Source: Octopus bimaculoides (lineage: Eukaryota). Taken from it: a DNA stretch of 64,000 nucleotides. The position numbers and the translations under genes were made by a program. Of the stretch, positions 63,831-64,000 are shown one piece after another. The stretch's first letter is position 1. Every line of letters begins with the position of its first letter. The notes under the pieces are model-generated. The model was not told the origin of the DNA. It made no database searches and saw nothing but the letters and a program-made list of their open reading frames with translations. The DNA lies in the NCBI RefSeq assembly GCF_001194135.2, contig NC_068985.1:73343767-73407766 (forward strand), in the 5' to 3' direction.

Positions 63831-64000
63831 GAGGCTGTCCTCATAGCTGCCGGCTTCGGTCCCATTTTCCGCAGCTGGATGGCTGCCTTGTACAGAGGCA
63901 TCCGTTCGGTAGTTCGCGTCAATGGGCATCTGTCAAGACCCTTCGACATTTCACGTTCGGTCCGTCAGGGATGCCCCCTCTCGTCGCTTCTGTACGTGTT
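63831..64000 (+). mobile_element. Tx1/L1-clade LINE reverse transcriptase, 5'-truncated, continues past the window edge
   Basis: Open frame EAVLIAAGFGPIFRSWMAALYRGIRSVVRVNGHLSRPFDISRSVRQGCPLSSLLYV carries the RT motif RQGCPLS. It starts directly after a (CTAT)n array. Confidence 0.9.

Overview
AT-rich, microsatellite-dense animal genomic DNA with 10 assembly gaps (about 4.1 kb of N). The SINE, LINE and microsatellite content looks like a coleoid cephalopod, most likely Octopus; this is inferred from recalled repeat families, not from a database search. Only one intact host gene is supported: a single-coding-exon class A GPCR on the minus strand (25595-26788), orthologous to the sex peptide / myoinhibitory peptide (MIP, Wamide) receptor. 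It has a splice acceptor 88 nt upstream of the ATG, so its untranslated first exon lies further right or outside the window. The rest is a layered set of decayed mobile elements: mariner/Tc1 copies, an internally deleted Helitron, RTE, CR1-like, R4/Dong-like and Tx1/L1 LINEs, a Penelope element, an inverted pair of Penelope-type terminal repeats with hammerhead-ribozyme-like motifs, and many tRNA-derived SINEs. Nearly all other ORF-track entries are microsatellite or N-gap artefacts. I did not find a convincing novel multi-gene system. The best leads are the non-canonical hammerhead motifs, apparent microsatellite-targeted LINE insertions, and the architecture of the receptor gene. Boundaries of decayed elements are approximate.
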